Notes: generated by a model not told the origin, from the letters alone. A stretch of 45,143 nucleotides of DNA from an uncultured Candidatus Saccharibacteria bacterium (GCA_964349285.1 CAYGFQ010000001.1:1-45143), one strand, 5' to 3'. Numbered from the stretch's first letter, positions 14,464 to 24,115 are shown. A program made the numbers and translations.

Positions 14464-14491
14464 TTGACAGGCCCGGGGCGAAGCATAGGAT
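14464..14491 (+). promoter_or_regulatory. Sigma70-type promoter of the giant surface-protein gene
   Basis: TTGACA (14464-14469), 16-nt spacer, TAGGAT (14486-14491). This implies a 5' UTR of about 180 nt, unlike most genes here. Confidence 0.5.
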
Positions 14492-14679
14492 TGAAGATAG
14501 CTCGTACCTTGTGCGGGAGAGTCCAGGAACTCCCAGTCACGGGTCTCAACTTTTCACCCCGGCTAGAGGTTTTTGTTGCACTTCTATCTGCATGGGTATG
14601 CGGCGGGGCAATGTTTCTCTTATTAAGTTCGGAATGTGCAGCGACGTGTGATGGCGTCGCAGGTAACAACTAATTACAT

Positions 14680-17600
14680 ATGAATATTATTTCTGCATGG
14701 ACAAGACATGCTCCGCGACGGAGTGTGGCTTTCCTGCTTGCACTCGCACTTCTTGGCGGATCGTTTGCATGGCCTCAGACGACGAGTGCAACAACTATTG
14801 TTTCCGATACCTTTGGGGTTGGCAGCAATAGTTTTAATGACCTCGCCAATATCCTCGACTGGAACGAAGAAGGGGATGACGACGACTCAATAACGCTTGC
14901 AAAAGTAGGAGGCAACTCCGGCGCAGACGTCCGAAGTCCGGGCGACGAAACCAACGGTCGCTTCGCGAAGATTGGTTACGACTCTCAGAATCACAAAGGA
15001 GAGTGGATTTGTCGCCAGGTAAACTCGTCCAACTATTACAACCTCACCTTGGAGTACCGTTGGAATGGAGATTCCGATGCTGAGAATAACGAGGATTACG
15101 GAGTTGTTGAGTACCGCTCCACCAGTAACGGTAACACCGACCAGACCTGTAACTCTGACTCAAGCGGCTGGACACAGCTTCCAGGAGCAACGCACGAACT
15201 AGAGGCGGAGGAGGATTGGAGTTCAGTACAGGAAATTGAATTGCCTGCGCTCCTAAACAACGATTCTTCATGGTTTATCCGCTTCAGGAACGCTGCGGAA
15301 GATAACAGCACGGGTGGCTTCCGCGGCTTCCATGATCAACCTGCGAGCGAATACTTTCGTGTCGACAGTGTTCTGATTGGAGGCGACTACGACGTTCCTG
15401 GCTCACCGACCGTAACAATCAATCAGGCAGATACCCAGGCAGACCCTACGGGAGATACTCCTATCCTCTTCACGGCTGACTTCAATGAGCCAGTTTTTGG
15501 TTTTGAAGATGGGGATGTCATTATCTCAGGTACTGCACTTCCGACCAGCGTCGACGTGGTCGGCAATGATGGAGATGACATATACACCATCAAAGTGAGC
15601 GGCATGAGTGGAGATGGGACCGTCGTTGCAACTATTCCTTCAGGAGTTGCTGAAGACATAGCAGGTAACGACAATGCTGCCTCGTCATCAACTGACAACA
15701 CCGTCACTTACAACCTTCCAAACCGCGCCCCGCTCGCAGACCCACAGAACGTTGTAACCGACGAAGATACTCCGGTTAACATCACCCTCTCCGGAAGTGA
15801 TCCTGATGGTGACTCCATCACATATGAAGTCGTCATTCTCCCTAATCATGGAAACCTCACCGGTACCGAGCCGAATCTCACCTACACACCGGACGATGAT
15901 TACTTCGGGCCAGACTCCTTCAAGTTCATCACCGACGATGGAGCCCTCAACAGCGTTAGCGCCGAGGTAAAAATCACCGTCAATCCTGTTGAAGATCGCT
16001 GCCCAACCGGCTACCATTTCAACGAGAGCGAAGTATGCGTGCCAGACGAAGTTGAACTTCCTGGACAGTGCATCATCGTGAGCGATGCTCTCACCCTCGT
16101 TGACACGAACGATGAAACGGATAGCCCGGCAGATCCGCTCTCCTTCGTACACTCAGCGTGGGATCACACCCTCGAGTCTGCCGCAACGTGGATCTGGGGT
16201 GATAACCCTGTCCAAGACCCTACCATCGACGAGACACAAGTCTTCACTCGTACGTTCTACCTTGAGGAAGCACCGACAAGCGCGACCCTCGTGCTTGCAT
16301 CTGACAACGGCTACCTAGTAAAGGTAAATGGGACTCAGATGGGTACTGACGAGCTCGGGACGTTCGACCCGAATCCACCGCATACCTTCAACCCCACCAC
16401 GAGCATTCCAGTCACAGGTCTTATCGCAGGAGCAAACACCCTTGAGGTGACAGTCTTCAACAAAGGAACTCCAGGGGAATCCAACCCTCAGAACAACCCC
16501 GCGGGTCTCATCTACAAGCTCACCGTTAACGGTAGCGACTGTGGCGAGCCAAAGGATGATCCGGTCAACTCCTGTATCCTCCCTGAAGGAAACGACAGTG
16601 ATCCGATTGTGTTCGGAGAAACGCCAGTCGAAGAAGACACGCTCCAGACTATTCTCGACGACGCTTACGGTGTTGATGCACCGGACGCAGACCTTGATCA
16701 AGACAACTTCGAGGAGTGGGCTGGTACGGGAAACACGGTCAACTTCACAGTTGAGAACATCAGTGAAGACTCGAACTCAGGCCACAGCCATGTGTTCGGT
16801 TACTACTTGAATGGTGGTGACTTCACCCCAGTCTTCCGTGATGGCTCCGTCGGTGCGCCCTACAGTGGAGCTCCCGATCTTGCCTTCGCGAACAGCCTTG
16901 CCTTCTCGGTAGCAAACGTAAACGACATTGTCTTCGCAATCGCTGACTGGGATGCTGTCGAGTACACGTACTTCGCAACGGATGCATCGCTGAACGCTGG
17001 TAGCGAAGTGCATGCAGTCTCGTACAACGTCGACAACAACAAGTACGCAATTGCCTTTGAGGACCTGCCGTTCTCCGAAGGTGACGAAGACTACAACGAT
17101 GTTGCCGTTGCTCTTGAGATTGTTTCCTGCGAAGCGGGAGCAACCTGTGAGCCAGGCGTCGAACTTCTTGCAAACGGCACCTTTGAGGTTCCGGAAGTGG
17201 GTAGTTCGCTCTGGGATATCTTCAACATTGATGAATATCCAAACCTCGCTTGGGCAGCCGAGTGGCTCAATCCAATCGGTGCTCCACCGATTGCAAACGT
17301 TGAACTCCAGGAGACTGGCCTCAATGGTTGGTCTGCAACGGGCGATGGAGATCAGTGGACTGAACTCGACTCTGATTGGAACGGACATAAAGAAGGACCA
17401 AACAACGAAGCAGGTCAGGTAGCAATTTCCCAGACCATCGACACGGTCCCGGGTGAAACCTACACGCTCACCTTCGACTTCTCACCACGTCCGCAGACGG
17501 ACGCTGCACAGAACAAAGTCGAGGTGCTCGCAAATGATGTCGTCTTCGGTACGGTTGGTCCGCTCGCGACTGCCGGAAACCAGACGGAATGGACATCCCA

Positions 17601-20124
17601 CACCTTCAGCTTCGTCGCTGATGCGAACGAGACGACGGTGAGCTTCCGCGATGCAGGTGCTCCGAGCGATTCTCTCGGCACCTTCGTCGACAACGCAAGC
17701 CTCATGTGCGAAGAGCCAGAGCCGACCGCAACGCTCTCAGCAACGAAGATCATCTGTAACAACGAGTCTGATCTTCCTAACTGGGGCGCAGGCGGTGCAG
17801 ACATCACGGCAACGACTGCCGCTGACTTCCTTGAAACCCATCCTGGCTGCCGCCTTGAAACAGACTGGCAGTTCCAGTGGGTCACGGATGCTGATGACAA
17901 CACGAACCCGGGAGACAACATCGTCTCTCCGGCACCAAGCCCGTGGTACCTCTTTGGTCAGGGAGTTGGTGATGGCTCACTCACGACCGAGATTCCTGCT
18001 GGTGGAAAGGTCTGGGTACGCGAAGTGCTCAAGGAAGGATTCATCCCATTCACGGGAGCGAATACTTCAGAGAACATCTCAGCTGAGATCTACTGTTCAA
18101 CAGATGTCTTGAACTACGACAACTGGGATTGGATAGATCCGGTTGCAGAAGGGGAGGATTACTTCTGTGTTGCCTTCAACGCACCGACGAACCCAGGTGA
18201 TCAGTGTGATCCAAACGCCTCAACCGTCCTGCTCTCAAGCGATGCAGATGATGAAGAGACGCTTCTCACGCTCGACGAGAGTGGTCCGGCTTCCTTGGTA
18301 GGCGAGTTCATCCACAGCTCGTGGGCACCGACGTTCGATGCCCTCTGGATCTGGAAGGATTCGGGCACCTCAGCTGAGGATGCTCTCAATGGTACGGATG
18401 AGACCTTCACTCGCACCTTCACCATCGTTGGTACGCCGCTTGACTCGACCCTCGAGCTTGCTGCTGACAACGGCTACGAAGTTAAGGTGAATGGTACGAG
18501 CGTCTGTGCAGATGCTGGTGAGCACAACTACGAGGCCACCACGACCTGTGCGGTCCCAGCCGCAGTGCTCATAAACGGTGAGAACACCATCACCTTCGAG
18601 ATTGTGAACATCGACCATGAGACGGCAAATGATCCGGAGAACAATCCGGCTGGTCTTCTCTACAAGCTCACGGTGAACGAGAACGAATGCGAACTCCCAC
18701 CGGAGCCCTTCTCGAGTGTGACGATGTGTAAGACGGACACCGAGGGCACGCCGCTCTCGAACTGGACGCTCACCCTTCGTGGTGCACATGTTGAAGACTT
18801 GGTTGTCCCGACCAACAGCGCAGCTGGTATCAATAGCTCCACCTCACTTGAGGACGGACTTTCCTACCTTGCGTACGCATCTGGCATCTGGACGAATCAG
18901 AGCGGTGCAAACGCAGTCGACGCTGAGTACTCAACGACGGACGGCTGGACAACACCGATGGACGGCTACACCGGTTACCAGACAGACATCCTCGAGCTCC
19001 AGATTGAAGAGACCTTCGATCCAAACTCGAACTGGGGTCCTTACTCAAGTGCACACGAGTACGCACAGTCCTTTATCAAGGATGGTGACGGCTCAGCAAA
19101 CTTCCGCATCTTCGACGGTACCGGCACAACGCCAAACGCAGGCTGGTACGGCGACAACAGCGGAACGCTTGCCGTCTCACTCTACGAAGGCTATGCCGGT
19201 GTAACGGGTGAGAATGGTTGTGTCACCTTCGAGAACGTACCGTACGGTGCCTACACCGCAGGTGAACTCCTCCAGAATGGTTGGGAGCACTATGCAACGT
19301 GGGACTCTGAGACGGTTGTCGACGGTGGCGCGGTCTCAGTAAATGGTGAGACAGAAACCTTCACCATCCAGAACCGCTATATCCGTGAAGGAAATCAGGG
19401 AAGCGATACTGGAACGCTCACCATCGTGAAGGAAACGAACGGCGTCGAAGGCGTCTTCACCTTCCAGGTGGGAGGTAACGAGGACTTCTCGAATGTAGAG
19501 ATTGCAACGGAAGGCGGCGAGGGTTCTGAAGAACTTACCCTTGAGCCTGGGCTCTACTCAGTCACAGAGAACGTTCCTGAAGGATGGACGCTTGAGAGCG
19601 TCACCTGTGAGTACGAAGGTGAGTCTGAGGGCTCGGAAATCCTGAACGGTCATCAGATTCAGATCTACGAGGACGAGGAAGTAACCTGTACATTCGTGAA
19701 CCACGGTTCCTCTGAAAGCGACGGCAATACGTCACGAACGAGCAACAACGATGGTGGTGGCGACGGCGATGGTGAGGTCCTCGGCGCAACGGACGAAGCA
19801 TCTTGCGGTCCTTTGCTCTCGACCTTCCTCGGTCTTGGAAAGGTGAACGACGCAACTGAGGTGAGCGAGCTCCAGGGCTTCTTGAACGACCACATGAGCT
19901 CGGGACTTCCGGTAACTGGCGTCTTCGGGCCTATGACCCACAGCGCAGTCCAGGCCTTCCAGCTTCTCTACTGGGAGGAGGTGCTTCAGCCATGGTTCGG
20001 GATTGAAGGTTCGGCGATACAGGATAAGGATGATGCAACTGGCTACGTCTACAAGACGACGCAGCGACAGGTCAACAACATCTTCTGCCCATCCTTGAAC
20101 CTACCGATGCCTGAGCTTCCGTAA
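14680..20124 (+). CDS. Giant (1814 aa) secreted multidomain surface protein with a C-terminal peptidoglycan-binding domain
   Basis: Signal peptide MNIISAWTRHAPRRSVAFLLALALLGGSFAWPQTTSA. Cadherin/VCBS-like repeat NRAPLADPQNVVTDEDTPVNITLSGSDPDGDSITY...PDSFKF (about nt 15721-16000). DUF4114-like IAFEDLPFSEGDEDYNDVAVAL. DUF642/CBM-like LLANGTFEVPEVG.... Two copies of a ~140-aa module. SpaA/Cna-B-like domains (TMCKTDTEGTPLSNWTLTLRG; LEPGLYSVTENVPEGWTLESVTC). C-terminal PG_binding_1-like VSELQGFLNDHMSSGLPVTGVFGPMTHSAVQAFQ. Confidence 0.9.
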   Translation: MNIISAWTRHAPRRSVAFLLALALLGGSFAWPQTTSATTIVSDTFGVGSNSFNDLANILDWNEEGDDDDSITLAKVGGNSGADVRSPGDETNGRFAKIGYDSQNHKGEWICRQVNSSNYYNLTLEYRWNGDSDAENNEDYGVVEYRSTSNGNTDQTCNSDSSGWTQLPGATHELEAEEDWSSVQEIELPALLNNDSSWFIRFRNAAEDNSTGGFRGFHDQPASEYFRVDSVLIGGDYDVPGSPTVTINQADTQADPTGDTPILFTADFNEPVFGFEDGDVIISGTALPTSVDVVGNDGDDIYTIKVSGMSGDGTVVATIPSGVAEDIAGNDNAASSSTDNTVTYNLPNRAPLADPQNVVTDEDTPVNITLSGSDPDGDSITYEVVILPNHGNLTGTEPNLTYTPDDDYFGPDSFKFITDDGALNSVSAEVKITVNPVEDRCPTGYHFNESEVCVPDEVELPGQCIIVSDALTLVDTNDETDSPADPLSFVHSAWDHTLESAATWIWGDNPVQDPTIDETQVFTRTFYLEEAPTSATLVLASDNGYLVKVNGTQMGTDELGTFDPNPPHTFNPTTSIPVTGLIAGANTLEVTVFNKGTPGESNPQNNPAGLIYKLTVNGSDCGEPKDDPVNSCILPEGNDSDPIVFGETPVEEDTLQTILDDAYGVDAPDADLDQDNFEEWAGTGNTVNFTVENISEDSNSGHSHVFGYYLNGGDFTPVFRDGSVGAPYSGAPDLAFANSLAFSVANVNDIVFAIADWDAVEYTYFATDASLNAGSEVHAVSYNVDNNKYAIAFEDLPFSEGDEDYNDVAVALEIVSCEAGATCEPGVELLANGTFEVPEVGSSLWDIFNIDEYPNLAWAAEWLNPIGAPPIANVELQETGLNGWSATGDGDQWTELDSDWNGHKEGPNNEAGQVAISQTIDTVPGETYTLTFDFSPRPQTDAAQNKVEVLANDVVFGTVGPLATAGNQTEWTSHTFSFVADANETTVSFRDAGAPSDSLGTFVDNASLMCEEPEPTATLSATKIICNNESDLPNWGAGGADITATTAADFLETHPGCRLETDWQFQWVTDADDNTNPGDNIVSPAPSPWYLFGQGVGDGSLTTEIPAGGKVWVREVLKEGFIPFTGANTSENISAEIYCSTDVLNYDNWDWIDPVAEGEDYFCVAFNAPTNPGDQCDPNASTVLLSSDADDEETLLTLDESGPASLVGEFIHSSWAPTFDALWIWKDSGTSAEDALNGTDETFTRTFTIVGTPLDSTLELAADNGYEVKVNGTSVCADAGEHNYEATTTCAVPAAVLINGENTITFEIVNIDHETANDPENNPAGLLYKLTVNENECELPPEPFSSVTMCKTDTEGTPLSNWTLTLRGAHVEDLVVPTNSAAGINSSTSLEDGLSYLAYASGIWTNQSGANAVDAEYSTTDGWTTPMDGYTGYQTDILELQIEETFDPNSNWGPYSSAHEYAQSFIKDGDGSANFRIFDGTGTTPNAGWYGDNSGTLAVSLYEGYAGVTGENGCVTFENVPYGAYTAGELLQNGWEHYATWDSETVVDGGAVSVNGETETFTIQNRYIREGNQGSDTGTLTIVKETNGVEGVFTFQVGGNEDFSNVEIATEGGEGSEELTLEPGLYSVTENVPEGWTLESVTCEYEGESEGSEILNGHQIQIYEDEEVTCTFVNHGSSESDGNTSRTSNNDGGGDGDGEVLGATDEASCGPLLSTFLGLGKVNDATEVSELQGFLNDHMSSGLPVTGVFGPMTHSAVQAFQLLYWEEVLQPWFGIEGSAIQDKDDATGYVYKTTQRQVNNIFCPSLNLPMPELP
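16127..16545 (+). repeat. Intragenic module copy 1 (~140 aa)
   Basis: PADPLSFVHSAW...WIWGD...ETQVFTRTFYL...ASDNGYLVKVNGT...NNPAGLIYKLTVNGSDC is paralogous to 18287-18690. Confidence 0.7.
18287..18690 (+). repeat. Intragenic module copy 2 (~135 aa)
   Basis: PASLVGEFIHSSW...WIWKD...DETFTRTFTI...AADNGYEVKVNGT...NNPAGLLYKLTVNENEC. Confidence 0.7.
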
Positions 20125-20150
20125 CTTAGAGAAGTCAGACGATAACGACG

Positions 20151-20180
20151 AGACCGCCCTTCCGGGGCGGTCTTGTTGTA
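20151..20180 (+). terminator. Intrinsic terminator after the giant gene
   Basis: AGACCGCCC (20151-20159) / GGGCGGTCT (20165-20173), loop TTCCG, followed by TGTTGT. Confidence 0.75.
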
Positions 20181-20191
20181 TAAAGTTATGA

Positions 20192-20200
20192 TGGTAGAAT
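20192..20200 (+). promoter_or_regulatory. Extended -10 TGgTAGAAT, 6 nt upstream of ATG 20207 (leaderless)
   Basis: ATGGTAGAATAGCGACATG. Confidence 0.5.
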
Positions 20201-20206
20201 AGCGAC

Positions 20207-21127
20207 ATGTCAATCCCGACGCCTCCTGAAAGCCACCAGCACCACCCCGCTCGGCACGTCTTTAGTGCGCCGGGGATGCTCGTATTTAGCCTTCTGCTTG
20301 GCGCTATTCTCGTTGGGGCCGCTCTCTATGCAAGCTCCTTCCTCGGCTCAAGCCAGATGGCAGCCGTCGTCTCTGCGACACTCGTTGATCTTGCAAACGA
20401 AGACCGCGAAGAGGAGTCGCTTCCAGCGCTCACAGTTGATCCACTCTTGGTCGAAGCAGCAAAAGCCAAGGCGAATGATATGGCCGAGAATGGGTACTTC
20501 GCGCACACCTCGCCAAAGGGCATTGACCCATGGCACTGGTTTCACCAGGTTGGGTACGACTACCAGTACGCTGGCGAAAACCTTGCCGTTAACTTCTCAG
20601 ACTCAGATAACGTCGAGGAGGCGTGGATGAACTCACCTGAGCATCGTGCAAACATCTTGAACGGCAAGTTTACGCATATCGGTATCGCAACGGCCGTCGG
20701 AACGTATAAAGACAAGAAGACGACCTTTGTCGTACAGATGTTTGGTACGCCGCGTAGTGCACAGGCAGCTACTCCGGTTCGCGTTGCTGAAGCACCTGAC
20801 GTGCTCCCGACCATACCTGAAGTTCCTGAAGAACCAGCAATTGCTGTTGCCCCTTCGGAAGAAACCGCAGTTCTTGGTAGCGAAGCAGAAGCGATTGACT
20901 ACTCACCGCCTGCAGCCCACCTCCTTGTATCTCCGCAGACACTGCTCCACATTGTTTACATAGTTTGCGCACTCATCGTTCTTGCCGCACTGATTCTCAC
21001 AACGCGTTTGGAATTCAAGCATCATCACACGAAGCATGCGATGGCCGCGTGCGTTTTGCTCGTAGTCATTCTCTCCTGCCTCGTCATTGCTGACCGTCTC
21101 ATATTCATCGCTCCCATCGTCGGGTAG
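20207..21127 (+). CDS. Membrane-anchored CAP/SCP (PR-1-like, YkwD-type) domain protein
   Basis: N-terminal TM MLVFSLLLGAILVGAALYA. CAP motifs AKANDMAENGYFAHTSPKG...YAGENLA...AWMNSPEHRANIL...HIGIA. Two C-terminal TM segments. Confidence 0.8.
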   Translation: MSIPTPPESHQHHPARHVFSAPGMLVFSLLLGAILVGAALYASSFLGSSQMAAVVSATLVDLANEDREEESLPALTVDPLLVEAAKAKANDMAENGYFAHTSPKGIDPWHWFHQVGYDYQYAGENLAVNFSDSDNVEEAWMNSPEHRANILNGKFTHIGIATAVGTYKDKKTTFVVQMFGTPRSAQAATPVRVAEAPDVLPTIPEVPEEPAIAVAPSEETAVLGSEAEAIDYSPPAAHLLVSPQTLLHIVYIVCALIVLAALILTTRLEFKHHHTKHAMAACVLLVVILSCLVIADRLIFIAPIVG

Positions 21128-21130
21128 AAT
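21125..21130 (+). promoter_or_regulatory. -10 box TAGAAT, 6 nt upstream of ATG 21137 (leaderless)
   Basis: GGGTAGAATGGCCTCATG. The hexamer overlaps the TAG stop of the upstream gene. Confidence 0.45.
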
Positions 21131-21136
21131 GGCCTC

Positions 21137-21958
21137 ATGGCTCCTGTCATGAGTACGCAGGTGATCGCGAAGGATGTCCTCCTTCGCGATTTGACTACCT
21201 CCTCCTATACACCAGTTCCCTTCGGACTTTCAAATGTAGAGATACGCGAGGCGGTTGCTACGTTCTTTGAGTTCCTTACGCTCCCACAAGAAACGAAGGA
21301 TGCGCTCTGTGCTAAGCGTCCAACGGATGCAGTCTCTGACATGGGTTACATTCGTACGAAAGGGGAGAAGGACCAGGAGATTGGGTACAAGGATCACAAA
21401 GAATATTTCCACTACCATCCGGAAGCGGAAGAAGTGTTTGCTAACGCTGCACACGATCCGAAAGTACGCGCATTCTTTGATGCAGCGGGAATGATTTACG
21501 AAGAAGCCAGTGTAACGGTGAAGAACGTTATTCGTGAACTTTCTACAGAGTTTCCAAACCTTTACGAGAACTTCTTTCCAGAAGGGAAGCCGCGCGAGCA
21601 AATTCTTCGCTTCCTCAAGTACGACAGTCGTGGTCTTGGTCAATTCCTCGCTCGTGCTCACTACGATCGCGGTGGCTGCACCCTTGCTCTTGCCGAAAGT
21701 GCACCTGGCCTTCGTATTGGAAAAGATGATGCGTCCTTGACTCCCGTTGTGCATAAAGACAGGACTGCACTTTTCATGCCGGCACCGCAACTCCATCGCC
21801 TCACAAATGGTCGTATTCTTCCAGCCTGGCATGACGTCGTGCAGGCATCAGGCGACACCGTTTCAGAAGATGCTGCGCGTTGGGCCGTCGTCTTCTTTGT
21901 AAACGCACCGGGGCTTGAGTTCCCGACGGCAATCGAGACACACGTGCCGGTGAAATAG
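21137..21958 (+). CDS. 2-oxoglutarate/Fe(II)-dependent oxygenase (isopenicillin-N-synthase-like family)
   Basis: The pattern ARAHYDRGGCTLALAESAPGLRI...LTNGRILPAWHDV fits the H-x-D...lTlL...GLqv...tNG...H-x-V facial-triad layout of this superfamily. Confidence 0.65.
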   Translation: MAPVMSTQVIAKDVLLRDLTTSSYTPVPFGLSNVEIREAVATFFEFLTLPQETKDALCAKRPTDAVSDMGYIRTKGEKDQEIGYKDHKEYFHYHPEAEEVFANAAHDPKVRAFFDAAGMIYEEASVTVKNVIRELSTEFPNLYENFFPEGKPREQILRFLKYDSRGLGQFLARAHYDRGGCTLALAESAPGLRIGKDDASLTPVVHKDRTALFMPAPQLHRLTNGRILPAWHDVVQASGDTVSEDAARWAVVFFVNAPGLEFPTAIETHVPVK

Positions 21959-21960
21959 GT

Positions 21961-23148
21961 ATGGGAACACACTATGACACCATCGTGCTTGGTCTTGGCG
22001 CTGTCGGGAGCGCAACGACATACCAGCTCGCAAAACGCGGTAATCGCGTTCTTGGCATTGATCAGTTCTCGCCACCCCACACTCTCGGCTCAACGCACGG
22101 GGAGTCGCGCATCACGCGGCAAGCCATCGGGGAAGGGGAAGCATACGTACCGCTCGCACTTCGTTCCCATGAAATTTGGGACGAGCTTGAGCGTGAGACG
22201 GGAGAAACTCTTCTGACAAATACAGCAGGTGGACTCATTATCTCAAGCGGGGCAGTGACTGTCTCGAATCATGTCGAGAACTTCTTTGAGAACACGGTCG
22301 CTGCTGCAAAAAGATTCGATATTGGGCATGAGATTCTAACGGCAGACGAAATCCGAAAGCGATTTCCGCAGTTCAATGTTCGTGATAACGAGATGGGGTA
22401 CTTTGAACACAAGGCTGGTTTCTTGCGACCTGAGAACTGTGTGCGTGTGCAACTCGCACTTGCCGAGAAACACGGTGCAGAGCTTCACCGCAATGAACGC
22501 GTGCTCACCTTTACGCAAGAAGGAACTATAGTTCACGTAACAACCGACAAGGGTGAGTACACAGCAGAAAAACTCATTGTCTGTGCCGGCCCCTGGCTCC
22601 CCAACCTCATTGATAAGAAATACGGGCATCTCTTCAGCGTCATCCGCCAGGTGATGTACTGGTTTGATGTGAAGGAGTCCATTGAGCCCTTTCTCCCGGA
22701 GCATTGCCCAATTTATATATGGGAACTCCAAGGGAACACTCAAGGGCTCTATGGGTTCCCAGCAATAGATGGCTCTCGGGGCGGTGTGAAGATGGCGAGC
22801 GAACAGTACGAGACACAAACGACCGCAGACTCTGTTGTTCGCGAGGTGAGCGAGGAAGAAAAGCGGGCTATGTACGAGAACTTCGTCGCGCCGTATTTCC
22901 CGGGCTTAAGTGACCGCTGCCTTAAAGCAGTTGCTTGCCTGTATACCAACACACCTGATTCGGGATTTGTTATTGATACACACCCAGAGTTTTCATCGGT
23001 CATCCTCGCTTCTCCATGCTCAGGCCATGGTTTCAAACACTCCGCTGCGGTAGGGGAAGCGCTCTCACAGGTAGTAATAGATGGACAGAGTAAGATTAAT
23101 CTTTCGGCGTTTAGACTCAACCGGTTCTTAGGTGAATCTGCAACGTAA
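21961..23148 (+). CDS. FAD-dependent monomeric sarcosine oxidase / N-methyl-L-tryptophan oxidase-like oxidoreductase
   Basis: Dinucleotide fold YDTIVLGLGAVGSATTYQLAKRG, GSTHGESRITRQA, and the MSOX covalent-FAD cysteine context CLYTNTPDSGFVIDTHP. The C-terminus has SPCSGHGFKH. Confidence 0.85.
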   Translation: MGTHYDTIVLGLGAVGSATTYQLAKRGNRVLGIDQFSPPHTLGSTHGESRITRQAIGEGEAYVPLALRSHEIWDELERETGETLLTNTAGGLIISSGAVTVSNHVENFFENTVAAAKRFDIGHEILTADEIRKRFPQFNVRDNEMGYFEHKAGFLRPENCVRVQLALAEKHGAELHRNERVLTFTQEGTIVHVTTDKGEYTAEKLIVCAGPWLPNLIDKKYGHLFSVIRQVMYWFDVKESIEPFLPEHCPIYIWELQGNTQGLYGFPAIDGSRGGVKMASEQYETQTTADSVVREVSEEEKRAMYENFVAPYFPGLSDRCLKAVACLYTNTPDSGFVIDTHPEFSSVILASPCSGHGFKHSAAVGEALSQVVIDGQSKINLSAFRLNRFLGESAT

Positions 23149-23155
23149 AAGTAGA

Positions 23156-24115
23156 ATGGCTCATATGAAAATCGCCATACTTGGATACTCGTGGCTTGGT
23201 CCTTCTCACCTTGAGCGTCTTCGCGCAATTGGGGAGGTGGTGGAGTATAAAAGCACCACAAGCGAGGAAGCAGCTATTGAGCGACTCGCTGGGGTTCAGA
23301 TTGCTGTCGCTGATCAGTGGGACACTCCTCTATCCCGGAAAGTATTTGAAAACGCACCTGAACTCAAATACCTCACCCTTAATTCGACCGGATTTGATAG
23401 AACAGACATCGCAGCGGCAAAGGCGTGCGGTATTCACGTGGCAAACATTCCCGGGTTTTCAACTGATGCTGTAGCGGAGTTCACTCTTGGGCTTGCTCTT
23501 GCGACCACCCGACACATGATTCAAGGAGATAGCATGGTTCGTGCGAAACCTTTTCAGGTAGACCCGGCAAATGAAACACATCAAGTGTTCCAGGGTTTTG
23601 ATTTGCGCGGAAAAACATGGGGAGTCATCGGACTTGGTCAGATAGGCATACGTGTTGCAGAGATTGCACAAGGCATGGGCATGCGTGTTCTTGGTTACAA
23701 CCGTAGTGCAAAGGAAGTCTCGGGAGTTGAGGTAGTGCCACTTGAGAAACTTCTTGAAGAAAGTGACGTGGTCTCACTACATCTCGCGCTCACAGAAGAC
23801 CAACACAATCTCATGGGTAAGGAAAATCTCGCACGAATGCGACCGCATGCAATACTCGTTAACACTGCACGTGGTGCATTTATTGACGAACATGCGGTAG
23901 CAGAAGCACTCACCTCGGGAAGGCTTGGTGGGTTTGGGAGTGATTTCCTTGTCGACTATTCTTCTGCAAACCCCTTACTTACAGCTCCCAATACCACCCT
24001 CACTCCTCATTCTGGATTCTTCACAAAAGAAGCTCTTGAAAACCTCGCCGAGATAGTCGTCACAAATATCGAATCGTACGCGAAGGGCGTTCCTGCAAAC
24101 GTAGTGAACGTTTAG
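23156..24115 (+). CDS. D-isomer-specific 2-hydroxyacid dehydrogenase (NAD-binding)
   Basis: GKTWGVIGLGQIGIRVAEIA (GxGxxG), LVNTARGAFIDEHAVAEAL, and catalytic TPHSGF. The start may be ATG 23165 (MKIAILGY), which lies 7 nt after TAGAAT 23152-23157. ORF start 23132 overlaps the upstream gene. Confidence 0.85.
   Translation: MAHMKIAILGYSWLGPSHLERLRAIGEVVEYKSTTSEEAAIERLAGVQIAVADQWDTPLSRKVFENAPELKYLTLNSTGFDRTDIAAAKACGIHVANIPGFSTDAVAEFTLGLALATTRHMIQGDSMVRAKPFQVDPANETHQVFQGFDLRGKTWGVIGLGQIGIRVAEIAQGMGMRVLGYNRSAKEVSGVEVVPLEKLLEESDVVSLHLALTEDQHNLMGKENLARMRPHAILVNTARGAFIDEHAVAEALTSGRLGGFGSDFLVDYSSANPLLTAPNTTLTPHSGFFTKEALENLAEIVVTNIESYAKGVPANVVNV

Noticed and set aside
16127-18690. The duplicated modules in the giant gene as a diversity-generating retroelement TR/VR pair.
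   Set aside because: The copies are strongly diverged at both DNA and protein level, not near-identical with adenine-specific differences. No reverse transcriptase or accessory gene is present in the window.
21230-21832. A 200-aa minus-strand ORF, with similar long antisense or alternative-frame ORFs at 26709..27431, 31855..32559, 32876..33463, 22749..23261 and 16777..17388.
   Set aside because: Each overlaps a plus-strand gene with recognisable enzyme or domain motifs. Each has an Arg/Ser/Cys-skewed composition typical of off-frame translation in GC-rich DNA.
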